A stretch of DNA of 57,977 bases, counting the filler, from Dugesia japonica (taxonomy: Eukaryota): the NCBI GenBank assembly GCA_001938525.1. It is 5 parts of 5 records of this genome, joined end to end, with 100 filler letters (N's around TTAATTAATTAA, not from the genome) between each part and the next. Parts side by side here need not be neighbours in the genome. Positions count along the whole stretch, not along the records: positions 49,664 to 57,977 come from MQRL01621653.1; 4 more parts are not named here. One strand, 5' to 3'. Both the position numbers and the translations under genes were made by a program. Numbering within the stretch: the first letter of the stretch is position 1; every line of letters starts with the position of its first letter. The notes under the pieces were generated by a model, which was given only the letters and a program-made list of their open reading frames with translations, was not told the origin of the DNA and searched no databases. This document shows positions 53,210 through 57,977 of the stretch, piece after piece.

Positions 53210-55960
53210 GACTTAACTAGAGAGAATTCAGATGGTTTTCTATTCGTCTTGACGGGATTGGCGTGCAAGTTCTGCATCAAGGAGGGAGAGAACCAATAGA
53301 TCCGCTGCTGCCAACCTTTGGGAGTTCGCTAATTTTCTGTCCGACCGATCGATTATATAATAATATTTGTACCTCTCAAAAAGCTGTGGAGCAATTAATA
53401 GGGTAACAAATCAACGAATAAGTACACCGGACATCCGAACGGTTTCGCCTATACTGAATTTGTGATGCCGCATTCGGTTCTGCTTCTCGACGAAAGTGAG
53501 TTTAGAAGTCGTCAGATAAAAGTGATGCCTAAGCGGACAAATTTGTCAGGTTATTCGACAAGTAATTGAAGGAATTGACGTGATAAGTTCTGCATCAGGT
53601 AGTGGATAGCTAATAGATCCGCTGTTGCCAACCTTTGGGAGTTCACCGACCAGTAAAACACTAGTTTTCAATCAGACAGACCGATGATATAATAATATTT
53701 GTTACTATCGTCGAACCTCTCAAAAGTGATCGTTTTATAGGAGTTTGGTCACTTGTTTGATGTTACGCTAAACTCACTAAAAACAGGAGCAACTTAACTA
53801 GAGAAAATTTGTATTCGTCTTCATTAAATTGACATAACAAGTTCTGCTTTAGTGGGGAGGAAGAGCCATTGATATCGAATATTTCAGCTGCTGCCAACCT
53901 TTGGGACTTCACTAACCTGTAAAATACTAATTTTCAATCCGACTGACCAATGATATTTGTCGATAATTATTTGTCACTACAGTGGAACCTCTCAAAAAGG
54001 CTGTGGAGCAATTAATAGAATAACAATTTTAACGAATAAATACATCTGAAAGGTTTCGCCTATATTGAATTTGCGTTGCCGGATTCTGTTAATACTGCAA
54101 TGCTTCTCGATGAAAGTGTGTTTAGAAGTCCTCAGATAAACGTGATGCGTAAGCGGACAAATTTGTCAGGTTATTCGACAACTAATTGATGGAATTGACG
54201 TGACAAGTTCTACTTCAGANNNNNNNNNNNNNNNNNNNCACTGTTGCAAACCTTTCAGGCCTTCACAGACCAGTAAAATACTAATTTTCAATCCGACCGA
54301 CTAATAATATAATAATATTTCTCGATAATTTGTCGCTACAGCCGAACCTCTCCAAAATGCTGTTGAGCAATTAATATGATAACAATTTTAACGAATAAGT
54401 ACGCCGGACATCTGAAAGGTTTCGCCTATATTGAATTTGTGTTGCCGGATTCTGTTAATACTGCTATGCTTCTCGACGAAAGTGAGTTTAGAAGTCGTCA
54501 GATAAAAGTGTCAGGTTATTCGACAACTAATTGATGGAATTGACGTGACAAGTTCTACTTCAGATTGGGAGGAGCGATAGACCCACTGTTGCAAACCTTT
54601 CAGGCCTTCACAGACCAGTAAAATCATAATTTTCAATCCGACAGACCAATGATATAATAATATTTGTCGATAATTTGTCACTACGATTTAATATCTCAAA
54701 AGTAACAATTTTTATCGGAGGTCACTTTTTTGATGTTACGCTAAACTCACTAAAAACAGGAGCAACTTAACTAGAGNNNNNNNNNNNNNNNNNNNNNNNN
54801 NNNNNNNNNNNNNNNNNNNNNNNNNNAAATTTGTATTCGTCTTGATTAAATTGACATAACCAGTTCTGCATCAAAGGGGAGAAAGAGCGATTGATATCGA
54901 ATATTTCAGCCGCTGACACCTTTGGGACTTCACTAACCAGTAAAATAATAATTTTCAACCCGACCGACCAATGATATAATAATATTTCTCGATAATTTGT
55001 CGCTACAGTCGAACCTCTCAAAAATGCTGTGGAGCAATTAATAGGATAACAATTTTAACGAATAAGTACACCGGACATCTGAAAGGTTTCGCCTATATTG
55101 AATTTGCGTTGCCGGATTCTGTTAATACTGCAATGTTTCTCGATGAAAGTGTGTTTAGAAGTCCTCAGATAAACGTGATACCTAAGCGGACAAATTTGTC
55201 AGGTTATTCGACAACTAATTGATGGAATTGACGTGACAAGTTCTACTTCAGAGTGGGAGGGGCGATAGACCCACTGTTGCAAACCTTTCAGGCCTTCACA
55301 GACCAGTAAAATACTAATTTTCAATCCNACTGACCAATTATATAATAATTTTTGTCGATAATTATTTGTCACTACAGTGGAACCTCTAAAAAGTGACCGT
55401 TTTTATTGGAGGTGATCACTTTTTTGATGTTACGCTAAAATCATTAAAACAAGAGCAACGTAACTAGAGAAAATTTGTATTCGTCTTGACTGAATTGACA
55501 TAACAAGTTCTGGATCAGGGGGAGCCAATAGACTCGGTGTTTGGGACTTCAAATTAACAGGGCTATTCCAACAAAATCACGAAATCGATTTTTAATACAA
55601 TTTAATATACACAGCACTGGTAATAGCACTTCATCTTTGGGACTTCACTGACCAGTAAAATTATAATTTTCTATCCAACAGACCAATGATAAAATAATAT
55701 TTGATAATTATCGTTTTTATCGGAGGTCACTTGTTTGATGTTATGCTAAAATCACTAAAAACAGAAGAACTTAACTAGAGAAAATTTGTATTAGTCTTGA
55801 CTAAATTAACATGACAAATTCTGCATCAAGGGGGAGGTGATGCCATTGATATCGAATATTCCAGCTGCCGCCAACCTTTGGGAATTCACCGACCATTAAA
55901 ATACTAATTTTCAATCCGACAGACCAATGATATAATAATATTTGTCGATAATTTGTCAGT
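53210..55960 (+). pseudogene. PABPN1: Degenerate tandem array carrying four copies of the nuclear poly(A)-binding protein RRM
   Basis: Copies at ~53382-53569, 53999-54189, 54358-54534 and 55025-55222; best copy [64 protein letters not shown] vs PABPN1 [26 protein letters not shown]...[26 protein letters not shown]. Confidence 0.9.
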
Positions 55961-56968
55961 TATTCATTTATTTAAAGAACCCGAAATTCTGGAATCTTTC
56001 CAGAATTATCCAATGAAAAGTACAGCCGAGCGCCAGTTTTTGTAGAGAATATAACGGATTTTTCAACAAATAAATCGATTGGGTCAAAAGGATTCAAATA
56101 TGCCATTTTTTACCGAAAGTTTCTTGCGGTCCATCAGATTGGAATAGAACGCTCATTCAACATTATCTTTACCGTATTTACATGCATAGATCGTGCAAGA
56201 TTTATTTTGTTGATGGCTTTNTTTTTTCTGTGGTGAATAATTTAAATTATTCTTATTCTGGAAGTTTTCACTAAAATAATTAAAAACAGCATCAACTTTT
56301 GGAACAAAAATTGAAATTAAAACCACTAAAAAGCTTAAGAATGAGACTGGTCGAAAAGAATTTCTAGGGACAAAAAACCATTGCGTTCATAAGAGTTCAT
56401 GTTGTATAATCTGTTTTGTACTTATTTTCTATTTCCAAAAAATAGTTGCACTTTTCGAGTTTTCTAAATAATAAGAGTATAGAGAGGGTATCACTTCATT
56501 TCACGCTAAACGGTCTAGGCGAAGCTTTCGAAAGAATTGATAATTCTAACTTAAACACTTAAATAATTTTTAAAAGAAGTAAACATGTGATAAATTACTA
56601 ATTATAGTAACATAATTTGATTGGATTATTAGATTTCATCCGATATCTAGACTATTTTTTCTCCTTTATTGTAAAATTATTCAGTTCTATTTGTTTTTAG
56701 CAAGAGTACATATTATTTGGATTTAATTTCGAATGATCGAAGTCTATGAATTATGAAATTGTAATACTAGGAAAGAAAATTAAAAGCCTATGGTGTTACC
56801 TTGGTGTTTTTTTCTAAATTATTATAACTAATAGACTTATTTGTTTAAAATAAGATTTTTTTGGTACTTTATTTTAAGCAATCGCAATAAGAATCTACAA
56901 AATCTTTTCTCTCCGTCATTTACTGTTTATCGCTTTGGTTTTATAAATTAAATTTGTTTATGTAAAAT

Positions 56969-57003
56969 TTATTGGTTGTGCAAATAGGTTCATGTAAATT
57001 TTC
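56969..57003 (+). mobile_element. Mariner-like left TIR
   Basis: TATTGGTTGTGCAAATAGGTTCATG resembles the reverse complement of the TIR at 10964-10994. Confidence 0.4.
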
Positions 57004-57488
57004 TGGCAACCGTTCAACACACATCTGATTTATGGTGTAATGGCAACTGTGAGTAATTAATTATTCTTTATGCAATTTGTACACATCAACTTTGTTATGT
57101 GTGCGTGTGTGCNNNNNNNNNNNNNNNNNNNNNNNNNNNNNNNNNNNNNNNNNNNNNNNNNNTAAACAAAATTATTAATTTAATTAATAATTATTAATTT
57201 AGAAGTTTGGAATAAAGATAAAATTAATTTCACTATTTCTTTTTGTGATTTAATTTTTTTATAATTTCAATTATAAATTTTAGAAAATACCTAGTTTTAA
57301 ATAATTGTTTTTGGTTGGTCTAGGACAAAAAGTNNNNNNNNNNNNNNNNNNNNNATATTTTTATGACTTGGGTAAAATATAATGTTTAGAGAGAATTTAT
57401 ATTTTCATTAAATTACAGAGTAAAACTTCATTTGTTGGATATTTATTAAATCATTAACTGCACCTAAATTATGAACTAATGCCTTAAA

Positions 57489-57791
57489 TAGACTCTCACT
57501 TGCTAAATAGTGTAATTATTTTAACTCGTAAATAATCACTTCTTAAAAGAGTAAAAAAACGTCTAGCTAAATGAAAAAGAGTAATAACAGGTCTGTGTTG
57601 CCCTTAGACGCTCGGGCCCGCACACGTGCTACAATGGCAGTTCCAACGAGTATACCTTACTAGAAATAGTTGGACAAACTTGTGAAATACTGTAGTAACA
57701 GGGATCGTGAATTGTAATTATTTCACATGAATGGGGAATTCCTAGTAAGTGCAAGTCACCAGCTTGCGCTGATTACGTCCCTGCCTTTTGT
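57489..57791 (+). rRNA. 18S: Truncated eukaryotic 18S rRNA fragment (pseudogene; 3' major domain region)
   Basis: TAATAACAGGTCTGTGTTGCCCTTAGA...GCTACAATG...GGAATTCCTAGTAAGTGCAAGTCACCAGCTTGCGCTGATTACGTCCCTGCCTTTTGT; stops just before the universal ACACACCGCCCGTC; has substitutions in conserved motifs. Confidence 0.92.
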
Positions 57792-57977
57792 CAGTAGACC
57801 AGATTCTTTAATATATTGTTGAGGTGAATAACAATAAAATTTATTTATAAAATATAAATAATATATTTAAAACAAATAATTATTCAATATATAACTGGTA
57901 GGGTAATAGTAATTACCTCAACAAATATTAATTCTATGTGATTTTATTACTGCACTATTTAGGACCACCCTCAACTT

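Noticed and set aside
53210-55960. Repeat-spacer-like pattern suggesting a CRISPR array
   Set aside because: Units are long, degenerate and derived from PABPN1 coding sequence; there are no unique spacers or cas genes, and the context is eukaryotic
57955-57977. TTTAG acceptor at the window end as the next CPOX exon
   Set aside because: No frame gives the expected xNPHxPTxHFNYRYF sequence

Overview
This is very AT-rich, gapped eukaryotic (probably invertebrate animal) draft sequence, not prokaryotic. It is five unrelated scaffolds (1-10595, 10696-27573, 27674-38641, 38742-49563, 49664-57977) joined by 100-bp N44-TTAATTAATTAA-N44 linkers, so neighbourhood across those points means nothing. Host genes have tiny GT-AG introns (41-49 nt): the first exon of AGBL5/CCP5, four exons of coproporphyrinogen III oxidase (CPOX), and an intact 3-exon orphan gene with a D-box. 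Most other sequence is decayed mobile DNA: Penelope-like retroelements with minimal hammerhead ribozyme motifs, a hAT element, Helitron, mariner, Merlin, and Gypsy gag/protease pieces. The most interesting signals are (1) a Polinton/Maverick-like set: a packaging ATPase head-to-head with an intronless TBP-like gene, and long-TIR AGTAG...CTACT elements, one carrying a spliced acidic mini-gene; (2) hammerhead copies with compensatory changes; (3) a tandem array of PABPN1 RRM pseudogene copies downstream of the CPOX exons; and (4) an 18S rRNA fragment. All family calls come from motif recognition by eye; no database searches were run.
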